This document shows positions 9,118-19,923 of a DNA stretch of 54,436 bases, in pieces (the stretch's first letter is position 1; the number at the start of each line of letters is the position of its first letter). Position numbers and translations under genes: made by a program. The stretch spans positions 1 to 54,436 of the forward strand of contig JBGSYJ010000290.1 of the NCBI GenBank assembly GCA_041750915.1, given 5' to 3'. The DNA is from Thermoanaerobaculia bacterium (GTDB lineage Bacteria > Acidobacteriota > Thermoanaerobaculia > Gp7-AA8). A model generated the notes under the pieces. It had not been told where the DNA came from. It did no database searches and saw nothing but the letters and a program-made list of their open reading frames with translations.

Positions 9118-10847
9118 GGTTTGAGGATCGTCTCCGAGAGCTCATCGAGGTCTACCGTGTGATTGAAGGCGACATCCACGCGGCGATTGGCTTCCCCTGC
9201 CGCGAGAGACACCGCAACCTGCTTCCGCTCGTCTCCATGCGTGAGAACGATCTCGTAATTGCCCGCGGGCAGCTCGAGGCGAAGCGGCGTGCTCTCGTCT
9301 TCGTGGCCGCTGTCGAACGGCTGGCGTGTATCGGCGTTGATGATCTCCTCGAGCGCTCCGTGCGGGTTGGCGCTCAGCAGAATGCGTCCTTCTCCAGGTT
9401 TAAGGGGTAACGCATCTGTGGAGATGGGTGGCTTCGGATCCGTTTCCGTCGGAGCGTCCGGCCGGGTGACGAAATAGACGGCCACCGATACCAGAAGGAG
9501 CACGGCGGCCGCAATTGCCGCGATCGCGCCGGTCTTGCGCTTTGCCGGAACGTCGGCAATGGCCGTTGCAGACCGTTCCATGACAGTCGCCTCGGCTTCC
9601 GTCGACGATACGGTCCGTTTGCGTTCGACGACCGTCGCAGCGGCCTGCGATTCGAGTGTTCCCGCGATCGTTGGCTCGCTGCCCGAGATCGTGGTCGCGC
9701 CCGACGTAGTGGTCTGGCCGCTGAACGTGGCGGAGCCACCGGTCGTTGCACCGCCCGCTGTCAGTCGCGTTCCTGCACGCGTCGGACCGGTGGTGCTCGA
9801 TCTGCGGTCGGTGGGTCGGCGATCGCCCCCTGTTCGATCGAGCGCCTCCGCCGAGTCGCCCAATCCGTACTTCTCATCGGGAGGCACATGATCGCGGAGG
9901 TCTTCGAGGTCGGCCGCGAAGTCGGCTCCCGTCGGATGACGTCGCTCGCGGTCCTTCTCCAGAGCGATGAAGACCTGCTCTTCAAGTTGAGGCGGGATAT
10001 CCGCCTCGGGGTTCACCTGGGAGATCGGAACAGGCCTTTCGGTCGCATGTTTGAGAATGTAGCCCTGCGGATTGGTGGCGACGAACGGCGCGCGGCCGGC
10101 CAGCATCTCGTAGAAGACGACACCGAAAGAATAGAGATCGCTACGGGCGTCGAGATGCTCGCCTTCCTTGAGGAAGCCGGCCTGCTCGGGAGAGGCGTAC
10201 TTGAGCTTCCCGAGGAACATCCCGGTCTGCGTCAGTCCCTGGCCGCTGCCTCCATCGGACAGCTGCTTCGCGATGCCGAAGTCGATGACCTTGACGAGTA
10301 GTCTTCCCTGATAGTCCTGAGACAGCATGATGTTCTCTGGCGAGACGTCACGGTGAATCAGTCCCATCTGGTGAAGGTGCTCGAGACCATGCAGAGTCTG
10401 GATGGCGATCTCCATCGCGAGCCGCGCGGGCATTGCACCGTTCGAGGCCATCCACTTTTGAATATTGGTTCCCTCGATGTACTCCCAGACCATGTAGTAG
10501 GAGCCATCGTCGAGAGTCGAGAAGTCATAGAGCATCGCGAGGTTGCGATGCTTGATCATCGTCGACGTGCGGGCTTCCGCGAGGAATCTTTGCAGTGCCT
10601 GATCGTCTGAGGCGATGTTCGCGCGCATGATCTTGATCACGCGCTCCTCTTTCAGGTGGATGTGGCGGACTTTGAAAATCTCGCCCATGCCACCCATCCC
10701 GAGCCGCTCGAGAATCTGATACTTCCCGTCGATCAGACGAGTCGAATAGCTGCGCTGGAAGGTCGTGACCTTCTCACCACATGCGGGGCAGGCCTCGTCG
10801 GTTTCACCGACAGGCTTCTTGCAGCGTAGACAATTGACGGCACTCAT
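9114..10847 (-). CDS. Membrane Hanks-type Ser/Thr protein kinase with N-terminal zinc ribbon
   Basis: CxxC..CxxC; GMGGMG, HRDVSPEN, DFG and SPE motifs; TM helix; PEGA-like tail. Confidence 0.93.
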   Translation of the reverse strand: MSAVNCLRCKKPVGETDEACPACGEKVTTFQRSYSTRLIDGKYQILERLGMGGMGEIFKVRHIHLKEERVIKIMRANIASDDQALQRFLAEARTSTMIKHRNLAMLYDFSTLDDGSYYMVWEYIEGTNIQKWMASNGAMPARLAMEIAIQTLHGLEHLHQMGLIHRDVSPENIMLSQDYQGRLLVKVIDFGIAKQLSDGGSGQGLTQTGMFLGKLKYASPEQAGFLKEGEHLDARSDLYSFGVVFYEMLAGRAPFVATNPQGYILKHATERPVPISQVNPEADIPPQLEEQVFIALEKDRERRHPTGADFAADLEDLRDHVPPDEKYGLGDSAEALDRTGGDRRPTDRRSSTTGPTRAGTRLTAGGATTGGSATFSGQTTTSGATTISGSEPTIAGTLESQAAATVVERKRTVSSTEAEATVMERSATAIADVPAKRKTGAIAAIAAAVLLLVSVAVYFVTRPDAPTETDPKPPISTDALPLKPGEGRILLSANPHGALEEIINADTRQPFDSGHEDESTPLRLELPAGNYEIVLTHGDERKQVAVSLAAGEANRRVDVAFNHTVDLDELSETILKP

Positions 10848-10941
10848 TCGATTTTTCTCAGACTGGACCCGGCTATCTTAACCCGTAAACGCCTCTCAGA
10901 TTCCAACCTGAAGGCCCGCCGAGCTCAGTCCGAATCGAGGT

Positions 10942-12162
10942 TCAGGCAGATTGGCTCACCAGAAAGCTGCAGTTGGGGTCTGCCCCGAACCGGATCACGT
11001 CTCCCGGTTTGAGATCAGCGTGCTGGACGCGGACGTTATTGACGAACGTCCCATTTGCAGACTTCAGGTCCTCGAGTTTCAGAAGTAAACCCGAGAGAGT
11101 GATTTTCGCATGACGGCGTGAAACCGCGGGGTGGCTGATTACAATCGAGCAACTCCGGTCCCTCCCCACGGTCACGGCTTCACCTTCCACCGCATGAGTC
11201 TCCTGACTTCCCTCGGAGCGACGGGAGACGAGTTCCCATCGAACGTGTCCCCGCGGTTCGCGCATCGTCGCCTCGTTCGGATCGACTTCGGGCACGCGCT
11301 CCCGTTTCCGCGGCGTCGTGATGTAGTTCGCGAGGGCCTCGAGGAAATCGACGGCGCTCTCGTAGCGGACATTCTGATCGGTAGCCATCGCCTTGAGCAC
11401 GATCGAGTCGATGTCCGGATCGAGATCGGGGCGGATCGCACTGGGGGGTTTGAGTCCGCCTCGATAGATAGCGTCGATCAGCCTTCTCAGTGAGTTCGCG
11501 CTATAGGGCAGCGTACCGGTGAGCATTTCGTAGAGCAGGACGCCGGTAGAGTAGACGTCGCTCTTTGCGCCCGCGTCTTTCGGCTCACGAATCTGCTCGG
11601 GCGACATGTAATGGGGAGTTCCGAGCAGGAGTCCCGACTTGGTCAGCGCCGTATCGCCGCCTGAACCGCCCTCTTTGATCTTCGCAATTCCGAAGTCGGT
11701 GACCTTCACGTTTCCTGAAGCCTCGCAGATGAGGTTTGCGGGCTTGATGTCACGATGGACGATGCCCTTTGCGTGGGCGTAGACGAGGGCGTCGAGCAGA
11801 TGAGAGACGATCCTCGTTGCGTCGGCGATATCGAGTGCGCCCTTCTGCGCAATCATCTGGTCCAGCGGCTGACCTTCTACGAACTCCATGATGAGAACGG
11901 CGCCGGTCGGCCTGGGGATGAACTCATAGAAGCGTGTGATGTTCCGGTGGCGGAGGCGCGAGAGGATGTAGGCCTCCTTCTCGAAACGCTTCCTGGCGGT
12001 TTCCTCTCCGACCAGTTCATCCGACATGACCTTCAGTACGACTGTGAACCCGGCGGGAAGAACATCCGTAACCTGAGTTGTCGAGCCGATGTAGACGTGG
12101 CTCATCCCTCCCTCAGAGAGCTCCCGTTCAATCTTGTAGCTGCCGATCACGGTGCCGATCAT
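10942..12162 (-). CDS. Cytoplasmic Ser/Thr kinase with C-terminal FHA domain
   Basis: HRDIKPAN, DFG, GTPHYMSPE; FHA motifs GR..VSRRHA..SANGTFVN. Confidence 0.93.
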   Translation of the reverse strand: MIGTVIGSYKIERELSEGGMSHVYIGSTTQVTDVLPAGFTVVLKVMSDELVGEETARKRFEKEAYILSRLRHRNITRFYEFIPRPTGAVLIMEFVEGQPLDQMIAQKGALDIADATRIVSHLLDALVYAHAKGIVHRDIKPANLICEASGNVKVTDFGIAKIKEGGSGGDTALTKSGLLLGTPHYMSPEQIREPKDAGAKSDVYSTGVLLYEMLTGTLPYSANSLRRLIDAIYRGGLKPPSAIRPDLDPDIDSIVLKAMATDQNVRYESAVDFLEALANYITTPRKRERVPEVDPNEATMREPRGHVRWELVSRRSEGSQETHAVEGEAVTVGRDRSCSIVISHPAVSRRHAKITLSGLLLKLEDLKSANGTFVNNVRVQHADLKPGDVIRFGADPNCSFLVSQSA

Positions 12163-12794
12163 TTCAATAGTCCTTCATCTTCCCAGTAAAGGCCGTCGCG
12201 GCAGAGCGGCATGAAGATATACCGCTGCGTTCCGAATCGAAGAATGTCTTCTGCGATCAGGTCGCTCCTCGACTGAATTTCTTCTTCATTGATGAAGGTT
12301 CCGTTCGTCGAGTTGGCGTCCATGAGGATATAGCGGCGCTCGTCCGGCCGGAACACCAGATCCGCATGATGCGCTGACACCTGATCATCGTCGATGTACA
12401 CCTCGGCTTTGCGATCGCGTCCGATGACGTTTCGCCCGATTCGAATGGGAAACGATTCTCCCCTCGCTTTGCCGTTGAGGGCGACGAGCCAGCCGACCAC
12501 GTAACGCGGGCCGGAAGCGCTCATCTTCGCAAGCACGGCCGTGCGAAGCCCCGTGTTGATCCTCGACGGCAACGGCGTCCGCTCCTGCCGGGCTGTCGGC
12601 GCCGGGGCTGGTGCGGAGGATTGGGCCGCGGATGGCGCGGGGGATTGTGCTGGCGCCGGCGGCTCCAGCGGAACGGCCAGCGTTCGCGGACGCACAACGG
12701 AGAAGGCCGGCGGACTTTCGATCACGGGACAGAAGGGACACAGATCCCAGCTTGCGTCGATCGTATGGCCGTTGATGCATTGCTTTTCTGCCAT
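12159..12794 (-). CDS. FHA domain protein with N-terminal Cys/His (Zn-ribbon-like) motif
   Basis: Start MAEKQCINGH with GAGG upstream; CPFC; VVGWLV..IGR..VSAHHA..STNGT. Confidence 0.85.
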   Translation of the reverse strand: MAEKQCINGHTIDASWDLCPFCPVIESPPAFSVVRPRTLAVPLEPPAPAQSPAPSAAQSSAPAPAPTARQERTPLPSRINTGLRTAVLAKMSASGPRYVVGWLVALNGKARGESFPIRIGRNVIGRDRKAEVYIDDDQVSAHHADLVFRPDERRYILMDANSTNGTFINEEEIQSRSDLIAEDILRFGTQRYIFMPLCRDGLYWEDEGLLK

Positions 12795-12801
12795 CTCTGC
12801 C

Positions 12802-14487
12802 TCACACATGGAACGCAACTGCCACAGCGTTCCGGCCTCCGAAATAGATGATGTCTCCATCCACGAGATTGTGTCGTTCGATCTTCCTGTCGTTGACGAA
12901 CGTTCCGTTTGAAGAGTTGCGGTCGATGAGAAGCACTCTGCCATCGAGAACGACGATCTCGGCGTGGAGCCTCGAGACCTTCGGATTCGTGAAGACAATC
13001 TCGCACATGCTGGACTCACGGCCGATCCGGATGCCCGACCCGCCAAGGCCGAGCTTCTCGCCCGCCCGCTCGCCATTCAGGATTGTCAGCTTTCCGAGCA
13101 GCGAATCGATCCCTTCTCCCAGCGGAATTGCTTCGGTGATCCCCCCTGCATTGCGGGACGCAGGATTCACGCGCATCGCGGGCTCCGAATTGCTGAAGAT
13201 GGGTGACCTTCCCGGACGGGCGCGGCGCCGAAGCAGAAGCAGGGTGATCGCAGGGAGAATGACGACGGCAACGGCTGCCGCTGCAACTCCCGGATGCGCC
13301 CAGAGCGGCCGGGAACGCCCCGCGCGCTCCGCCTCACTTCGGAAACGGAGCAGATCGGGCGAGCCCTGGAAGAACACGGATGCCGCTCCGATCTCACGCT
13401 GCGCGCTCGCCCACGAGCCCTTGCTCGCTTCTTCGAGCGCCTGTCGATAGCTTCGGTCGAAGCTGCCCGGTTCGTTCAGTTGCACCTTCGCTTTCGCCAG
13501 CAGTTCCCCCGCGACGTTGACGGGCACGAGGAATCGAATCTGTTCCGCATTTGTGTGCCCCCATGTGGAAACTGCAATCACGCGGCCCTCCTGGTCGACC
13601 ACGGGCCCGCCCGAGTTTCCCTGATAGATGGCGACGTTGCTCTGAAAGACGGGCGTGTTCGCCGCGTTCCGCTTGATCGCCGTGATCGTGCCCGGGTTGA
13701 TGGTTGCTTCGAGATCGCTCTCTTTTGAAAGCCACCCTCCGATGATGTCGTCGGTGCTGCTTGCGACAGCCGGATATCCGACGGCCCAGACGGACGAGCC
13801 GACCTGAACGCGGTCTGAATCACCCACGACGAGAGTCGGAAGATTCTCGCGACGAATCGAGAGGATCGCGAGGTCGTTTCCTTTCTGGTGCAGTGGCGGC
13901 GAGTAGCTGATGATGGTGAACGGATGACGCTCGCCGTTGGAGAGCTCGATCTCGTTGGTGATCTCCCACCCCGCGAGGGATCCCTTCGCGGCAACTTCGC
14001 TTACGAGGCCGGCGAGTTTGCCTTCCCTTTGAAGACTCCGAAGAGTTTCGACGGGAAAGTGCTGCATCAGCGTGGCGATGGCACCATTCGCGAGCAGGTC
14101 CCTCTGAACCGACTCCCGGTCACGAGTCGGTGCGACGACGTGAGCGCTGGTTAGGATCGTTCCTTCGTGATGAATGATGAATCCACTTCCCGATCCACCG
14201 GATCCCGTCTTCAAAGAACCTCTCCCGTTCACCACGCTCTGGAGGTTTGAGGCAGGCGTGTCCACGGCTGTGGCGATCTCCGTGATCGCGGAGAACGGGT
14301 AGGCGAACTCCGCTGTCGCCAGAGCGTTCACACGTACAACAGCGGGCTTGACCGCATACGCCATCCGTTGAACTCCCTCGAGGTTCCCATCGTCGCTTCT
14401 GCACCCTGCAGAAATCAGCCATGCGGCCAGAAATGCTGGAGCGAACGTGAACCGGTGGCCTGAACGAATCGAGGTCCAGCTGCGCAT
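12802..14487 (-). CDS. Trypsin-like serine protease - TM - FHA fusion
   Basis: LTSAHVV, NDLAIL and GNSGGP catalytic triad; TM segment; FHA motifs IGR..VSRLHA..SSNGTFVN. Confidence 0.9.
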   Translation of the reverse strand: MRSWTSIRSGHRFTFAPAFLAAWLISAGCRSDDGNLEGVQRMAYAVKPAVVRVNALATAEFAYPFSAITEIATAVDTPASNLQSVVNGRGSLKTGSGGSGSGFIIHHEGTILTSAHVVAPTRDRESVQRDLLANGAIATLMQHFPVETLRSLQREGKLAGLVSEVAAKGSLAGWEITNEIELSNGERHPFTIISYSPPLHQKGNDLAILSIRRENLPTLVVGDSDRVQVGSSVWAVGYPAVASSTDDIIGGWLSKESDLEATINPGTITAIKRNAANTPVFQSNVAIYQGNSGGPVVDQEGRVIAVSTWGHTNAEQIRFLVPVNVAGELLAKAKVQLNEPGSFDRSYRQALEEASKGSWASAQREIGAASVFFQGSPDLLRFRSEAERAGRSRPLWAHPGVAAAAVAVVILPAITLLLLRRRARPGRSPIFSNSEPAMRVNPASRNAGGITEAIPLGEGIDSLLGKLTILNGERAGEKLGLGGSGIRIGRESSMCEIVFTNPKVSRLHAEIVVLDGRVLLIDRNSSNGTFVNDRKIERHNLVDGDIIYFGGRNAVAVAFHV

Positions 14488-14497
14488 TGCGCCGCTC

Positions 14498-15547
14498 CTA
14501 GGGCTGTGTCGGAGGATTGGCGGCCGCCGGTGGCGGAGGCGCGGCGTCCCGTCCCCAGTAGACGACAGCTGCAGCCGTCAGGGCGATCGCAAGGGCTGCG
14601 ATGATCACCCACAGGAACACCCCGCTCCGGCGGGCTGCGGGCTGCGCCACATGTTGGGCTCCGGCGACAGGCTGGGTCTCGTCTGCAGTCGGGGGCATGA
14701 ACGGGATCGATTGATGCGGATCAGTCTGGTCGATGTCGTCCGGCCCGGGCCCGCTCTCCACTTTGACGACGATTACGGTGACATTGTCCGGCGCTCCGCG
14801 CTGGATCGCCCTTTGAACGAACTCGGTGGTGGCAGAATCGATGTCCATGCGCGCGACTTCCCGCATCTCCGGTTCCTTGACCAGCCCATGCAATCCGTCG
14901 CTGCAAAGGATGAATGTGTCTCCCGGCTCGACTGCCAGCGCGGACGAAACGTCGATCTCCACATTCTCGATCACGCCCATCGAGCGCTGGAGAACGTTTC
15001 TTCTTGGATGCACGTCGGCCTCGTCTTTGGTCAGAAGGCCCTCACGAACCATCGATGCAACCAGAGAATGGTCCTGCGTCAACTGGTGAATCTCCTCGCC
15101 GCGGATCAGGTAGATCCGGGAATCACCGACGTGAGCGAAGTGTGCGACTCCTCTGCGAACGACGAGAGCCGAACAGGTCGTGCCCATGCCGCGAAGCTCG
15201 GGGTTGGTCTGCGCAGCTGCGTAGATCTGAGCGTTCGCGCTCTCGAGAGCGTGCTTGAGCGTAGTTGGCGGATCGATGAACTCATTGTTCAGGTATTCGG
15301 TCTTGATGATGGTGGCTGCCATCTTCGAGGCGGTCGCACCGCCACGATGACCGCCCATACCGTCGGCGACCACCATGAGGCTTCCCCGATCAGCGGCCAG
15401 TCGTTCCTCTTCAGGAGTCGACAGGATCGAGAAGTCCTGATTCTCGCTCCGAACCAGGCCGACGTCGGTCTTCTGAGCGACCCTGACATGCAGCCGGTTG
15501 GGACGATCGATCGCGGCGAGAGGCGCCGCTCCATCCTCGGTCATCAA
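14498..15547 (-). CDS. PP2C (Stp1/IreP-type) Ser/Thr phosphatase with C-terminal TM
   Basis: NQD, VADGMGGH, GDSR, CSDGL and DNVT motifs. Confidence 0.93.
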   Translation of the reverse strand: MMTEDGAAPLAAIDRPNRLHVRVAQKTDVGLVRSENQDFSILSTPEEERLAADRGSLMVVADGMGGHRGGATASKMAATIIKTEYLNNEFIDPPTTLKHALESANAQIYAAAQTNPELRGMGTTCSALVVRRGVAHFAHVGDSRIYLIRGEEIHQLTQDHSLVASMVREGLLTKDEADVHPRRNVLQRSMGVIENVEIDVSSALAVEPGDTFILCSDGLHGLVKEPEMREVARMDIDSATTEFVQRAIQRGAPDNVTVIVVKVESGPGPDDIDQTDPHQSIPFMPPTADETQPVAGAQHVAQPAARRSGVFLWVIIAALAIALTAAAVVYWGRDAAPPPPAAANPPTQP

Positions 15548-15668
15548 TTAACCCTTATGTATGGTGATAGTGGACCATTATACAGAATCCATCAGATCGA
15601 GCATTGATCTTCAGACCTGTGAGCCGGATCACACTTCTATGAACCGTTACAGGGCGGCAGTCTTCGGG

Positions 15669-15754
15669 TGTCATCCTGAGCGCAGCGAAGGATCCCCCCA
15701 AGGCTTGCGATTCAGCCAGAAGCAAGGGGATCCTTCGCTGCGCTCAGGATGACA
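15669..15754. repeat. Family A palindromic element
   Basis: Same arms as 856..945 with a different loop. Confidence 0.9.
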
Positions 15755-15842
15755 TTTGCTGCGCGCACCTCGAGCTGAAGCACCTACTGACGCTCGGAGT
15801 CTCGCACTCGCTCGCGCCCGCGCTATAATCCGATCCGTTCCG

Positions 15843-17474
15843 ATGGCTACCCTACAACTTGTTCAGTCCAACGCTGGCGTCCTCCGACAAACCGAGGTTC
15901 GCGAGGGGACTACGATCGGGCGCACCGAGGGGAACCAGCTGGTCATCGATCATCCCTCGGTTTCCCGCCGGCACGCCGTCATCGAACTGCGCAGCGGCGA
16001 CTGGTGGATTGTCGATCTGCAGTCGACCAACGGCGTGAAGGTCAACGGCACTCAGGTGTCCGAAGCCAGGATTGCGTCAGGGGATGTCCTCGCGATCGGG
16101 TCGGTCGACATTCAAGTCAAGGCGGTCGTGCCTGTCGAGTTTCCGGACCAGTCGATGTTCGAGTCGGGAACTGTCATGCGCCGCATCTCGGACTTCAACG
16201 AGGAGTTCGGGCTCGATGCGGCGCTTCCTCCGCGGAAGACTACGGGACCGGGGGTTGGTCCCGTCAGTCGCGAGAAAATTTTTGCCGTGCTGGTGCAGGT
16301 CGCGAAGGTTCTGCTCCAGTCCGAAGAGCTGAACTCGGTTCTCAACACGGTCATGGACATCATCTTCAAGTACCTCCCGGTCCAGCGCGGCCTCCTGATT
16401 CTTTTCGACGATGATGGCACGCCGGTTCCGAAGCTAGCTCGATTCAAGGATGGCTCGGAGAAGGAAGTGATTCCGATTTCCCGGACCATTCTGAAGATGG
16501 TCGCCGAGCAGCAGGTATCTCTTCTGACTTCGAATGCGCTCGAGGATTCCCGTCTGGCGGGCGGCGAGTCGATCATCATGCACGGAATCCGATCGGCGAT
16601 GTGCGTACCTCTCTGGAATCGCGGCCGCGTCATCGGGGCCATCCAGGTCGACTCCCCGATTCACGTCGGCCATTTCACCGGCGAGGATCTCGATCTGCTG
16701 ACTGCTCTGGCGAACTTCGCTGCCGTGGCGGTCGAACGGGCGCAGCTCGCGGAGAAGATCGAGCATGAGAAGAAGATCCGCGAGAAGCTCGAGCGCTATC
16801 ACTCTCCCGGCGTCGTCGACGAGATCGTGCGCGGCGCGATCACCACCGATGCCGAGGCGGTCCGGACCGCCGACGTGTCGATTCTCTTCGCTGACATTTC
16901 CGGATTCACCACGATCTCGGAGACCAAGGATCCGGAAGAAGTCTCGGAGTTTCTCTCTCACTTCTTCTCGTGCGCAGTGGATGCAATCTTCGCGAACGGC
17001 GGAACGCTGGACAAGTTCATCGGCGACGCGGTGATGGCATTCTTCGGCGCGCCGATCGCTCAGGAAAACCACGCCCTGCGCGCGGTGCGTGCCGGCCTGG
17101 AGATGAGGCGTCTGGTCGATATCTGGAACGCCAAGCGCGCAACGCAGGGCCTTCCCGAGGTGAAGATTCGCGTCGGCATCAACACCGGACCCGCCGTCGT
17201 CGGCAATGTCGGCACCGAGAAGCGCGTCGACTACACCGTGCTCGGCACCTCCGTAAACATCGCATCCCGGATCGAAAGCGGTGTCGCGAAACCCGGACAG
17301 GTCGTCATCACGCAAAACACGCTCGACCGCGTGGAAGGACGATTCCTCACCGATCCCCTCGGCGAGTTTCCGCTCAAGGGGCTGCAGCAGAAAATGCCGG
17401 CCCATCACGTGCTCAGTGAAACCGATGCCTCGGCAGCCTCTTTCACCGCGCCCCAAGCGCGCGCGAGTTCATGA
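15843..17474 (+). CDS. FHA-GAF-class III adenylate/guanylate cyclase
   Basis: FHA motifs; GAF (IRSAMCVPL); [25 protein letters not shown]; TATAAT 13 nt upstream of ATG 15843. Confidence 0.92.
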   Translation: MATLQLVQSNAGVLRQTEVREGTTIGRTEGNQLVIDHPSVSRRHAVIELRSGDWWIVDLQSTNGVKVNGTQVSEARIASGDVLAIGSVDIQVKAVVPVEFPDQSMFESGTVMRRISDFNEEFGLDAALPPRKTTGPGVGPVSREKIFAVLVQVAKVLLQSEELNSVLNTVMDIIFKYLPVQRGLLILFDDDGTPVPKLARFKDGSEKEVIPISRTILKMVAEQQVSLLTSNALEDSRLAGGESIIMHGIRSAMCVPLWNRGRVIGAIQVDSPIHVGHFTGEDLDLLTALANFAAVAVERAQLAEKIEHEKKIREKLERYHSPGVVDEIVRGAITTDAEAVRTADVSILFADISGFTTISETKDPEEVSEFLSHFFSCAVDAIFANGGTLDKFIGDAVMAFFGAPIAQENHALRAVRAGLEMRRLVDIWNAKRATQGLPEVKIRVGINTGPAVVGNVGTEKRVDYTVLGTSVNIASRIESGVAKPGQVVITQNTLDRVEGRFLTDPLGEFPLKGLQQKMPAHHVLSETDASAASFTAPQARASS

Positions 17475-18268
17475 ATCGCCCATCGGTGCTGACGATCGCC
17501 GGAAGTGACTCCGGTGGCGGCGCCGGAATCCAGGCGGACCTCAGGACTTTCCAGGCATTCGGCGTTCATGGAGCCAGCGCGATCACCGCCGTCACCGCGC
17601 AGGACAGCCGAACCGTCAGCGGTGTTCTGACCCTCCCTGACGACATCGTCGAGGCGCAGATCGATATGGTCATGAACGATCTGGCGCCGGGCGTCGTCAA
17701 GCTCGGCATGCTGGGGAATGCGCGCATGGTCGAGCTCGTCGCGCGAAAGCTCGATCAGTGGAAGCCCGCGAAGGTCGTACTCGATCCCGTGATGATCGCA
17801 TCGAGCGGGGACTCTCTGCTGGAGGAAGACGCCATCGAAGCGGTCCGGACGCTTCTGCTTCCCAGGGCAACGGTAGTCACTCCCAACTGGCATGAGGCGG
17901 GGGCGCTGATCAACGCATTTCCGCGAGGAGCTCAGGACATCGAGCGGATTGTGATCTCGCTCCAGCGACTTGGCGCCACCTCGATTCTCATCAAGGGCGG
18001 CCATCTGGAAGGAGATCCGGTCGTCGACACGTTATACGAGGATGGCGAGTACACCGAGTTCCGCCATCCCCGGATCGTCGATGCGGACGGGCACGGAACC
18101 GGATGTGCGCTCGCTTCAGCCGTCGCGGCAGGGCTGGCACTCGGGCGGAACCTCAGGGACGCCTGCGCAGACGCGACGGATTTCGTGCATAAGGCACTCG
18201 TGGAACGATATGCGACAGGCAATTCCAGACAGGTTTACCTCGAGCTCCGGAACGTTCCGAGCGGTTGA
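17471..18268 (+). CDS. thiD: Hydroxymethylpyrimidine/phosphomethylpyrimidine kinase
   Basis: [24 protein letters not shown] and HGTGC motifs. Confidence 0.96.
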   Translation: MNRPSVLTIAGSDSGGGAGIQADLRTFQAFGVHGASAITAVTAQDSRTVSGVLTLPDDIVEAQIDMVMNDLAPGVVKLGMLGNARMVELVARKLDQWKPAKVVLDPVMIASSGDSLLEEDAIEAVRTLLLPRATVVTPNWHEAGALINAFPRGAQDIERIVISLQRLGATSILIKGGHLEGDPVVDTLYEDGEYTEFRHPRIVDADGHGTGCALASAVAAGLALGRNLRDACADATDFVHKALVERYATGNSRQVYLELRNVPSG

Positions 18269-18286
18269 TTCGTCAACCGGACTGAG

Positions 18287-18886
18287 ATGAACGACGTGAA
18301 TTCAATCCTGCGAGCCATCCTTCAGCCGGTCCTCATTGCGGTGATCGCCGCCCTGCTGCTCCGAGGAGCCGTCCAGACCTACTCGATTCCGTCCGAATCG
18401 ATGAGTCCGACTCTTCAGACCGGGGATCACATTCTCGTCACCCCTTACGGGAACTACTTTCATCGCAACGCGCCGCGGCGGGGTGACGTGATCGTCTTCC
18501 GCTCGCCATTTTCTCCGGATGAATCGTTCGTCAAGCGGGTCGTGGCTCTGCCCGGCGACGAGCTCGAGTTGCGCGACGACGAAATCCGCGTCAACGGACG
18601 TTTGCTTTCCGAGCCGTGGATCGGAAGAACGTCAGGCAACGGTCTGCGCGCCCCGGAGATTCTTCCCGACGGTCATTACTTCGTGATGGGTGACGCGCGC
18701 GGCAACTCGGTGGACAGCCGCACCTTCGGCGCGGTCCGCCGCAGCCAGATCATCGGCAGGGCCCGACTCATCTTCTGGTCATCAGGCTCCGAGCTCTCCG
18801 AGACGGCGAGCGCCTCGGTCTTCGCCTCCGGCTCCGCCCGCGACTCGGGGCTGCGCCGAGGCCGGATCATGACGGTAATCCGGTAA
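18287..18886 (+). CDS. lepB: Signal peptidase I
   Basis: SESMSPTL, GDVIVF, VKRVVALPGD, GD..NSVDSR motifs. Confidence 0.93.
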   Translation: MNDVNSILRAILQPVLIAVIAALLLRGAVQTYSIPSESMSPTLQTGDHILVTPYGNYFHRNAPRRGDVIVFRSPFSPDESFVKRVVALPGDELELRDDEIRVNGRLLSEPWIGRTSGNGLRAPEILPDGHYFVMGDARGNSVDSRTFGAVRRSQIIGRARLIFWSSGSELSETASASVFASGSARDSGLRRGRIMTVIR

Positions 18887-18976
18887 TTCTCCGGCTGCGC
18901 CTCTCGCCGCATTGACTTCGTATCCAGGGATTCTCTAACCTGTTGGGAATCAGTCCGTTCCAGATCTGGAGGCAGC

Positions 18977-19339
18977 ATGCGAATGAGCAGGCGCGAGCGT
19001 GGCGAAGGCCAACTCGGTTGCATTATCGGTTTGATCATCATGGCCGCGGCCATTTACGCTGCTTTCAAACTCGTGCCGGTGAAAGTTGCCGCCGCTGATC
19101 TGCGGAGAACGATCGTCGACGAGGCCCGTTCTGCCGGCGGCTCGCAGGACGACCGGATCCGGGCGTCGATCATGAGCAAGGCCGAGATTCTCAACATCCC
19201 GCTCGACACGAAAGATCTGGAGATCACCCGGCAGAGGGGCACGATCAGAATCGAAGCGGAGTATGTCGTGCCGGTCGAGTTTCCGGGTTACACCTTCAAC
19301 TGGAAACACAAACACACCGCCGAGAATCCGCTGTTCTGA
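18977..19339 (+). CDS. DUF4845-like membrane-anchored protein
   Basis: GGAGG RBS; pilin-like N-terminus RERGEG followed by a TM helix; usual lepB neighbour. Confidence 0.65.
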   Translation: MRMSRRERGEGQLGCIIGLIIMAAAIYAAFKLVPVKVAAADLRRTIVDEARSAGGSQDDRIRASIMSKAEILNIPLDTKDLEITRQRGTIRIEAEYVVPVEFPGYTFNWKHKHTAENPLF

Positions 19340-19375
19340 TCGGGAGGGGGTTTCCGCGGGGATTGGTATGAGCGC

Positions 19376-19400
19376 GTCATCCTGAGCGCAGCGAAGGATC
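19376..19400. repeat. Family A element, left arm only
   Basis: GTCATCCTGAGCGCAGCGAAGGATC. Confidence 0.85.
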
Positions 19401-19446
19401 ATCTTGCGACGCTCGATCCCCTGCCCTGGCGGAGATCTGGAGAACT

Positions 19447-19619
19447 TGTCATCCCGAGCTTGGTCGTGCGGGCGGGAGGGGCGAGGGAACTCCGGCGGTA
19501 GTACATAGTTTATTCGTCACGGGAAAGAGTCGCCGTACGGACCTCTCCTCAAGGCAACTATGTACCATCGCGCGAGGTCCCTCGCCCCTCCCGCACGCCC
19601 ACGCTTGCTCGGGATGACA
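19447..19619. repeat. Family B palindromic element, full copy
   Basis: Same architecture as 2407..2579, including the upstream GGAGATCTGG..ACTT. Confidence 0.9.
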
Positions 19620-19701
19620 GTTGCCCCATCTGCGGTCACATCCGGCGAGCACGACTATTGCACCAGCTCTCAACTCATCATCACAAATCGAGGGGGACAC
19701 A

Positions 19702-19911
19702 TTGACCATTTCAATCAAAGTCACACCGAACGGTCCGCTCATTGTCCAGGGAGACTTCAAGCTCATGGACGAGAACGGCAATGAAGTCGAGCCGATGAAG
19801 AAAGCGCTCTGCCGGTGCGGCGGTTCGGTGATCAAGCCTTACTGTGACGGGACACACTCGAAGATCGGGTTCCAGGGGGCGAAGGCTGCCGTCGAGCAGA
19901 GCGGCGAGTAG
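19702..19911 (+). CDS. CDGSH iron-sulfur domain protein
   Basis: NGPL, LCRCGGS..KPYCDGTH; TTG start after GAGGGG. Confidence 0.9.
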   Translation: MTISIKVTPNGPLIVQGDFKLMDENGNEVEPMKKALCRCGGSVIKPYCDGTHSKIGFQGAKAAVEQSGE

Positions 19912-19923
19912 AAGAAATACCAT

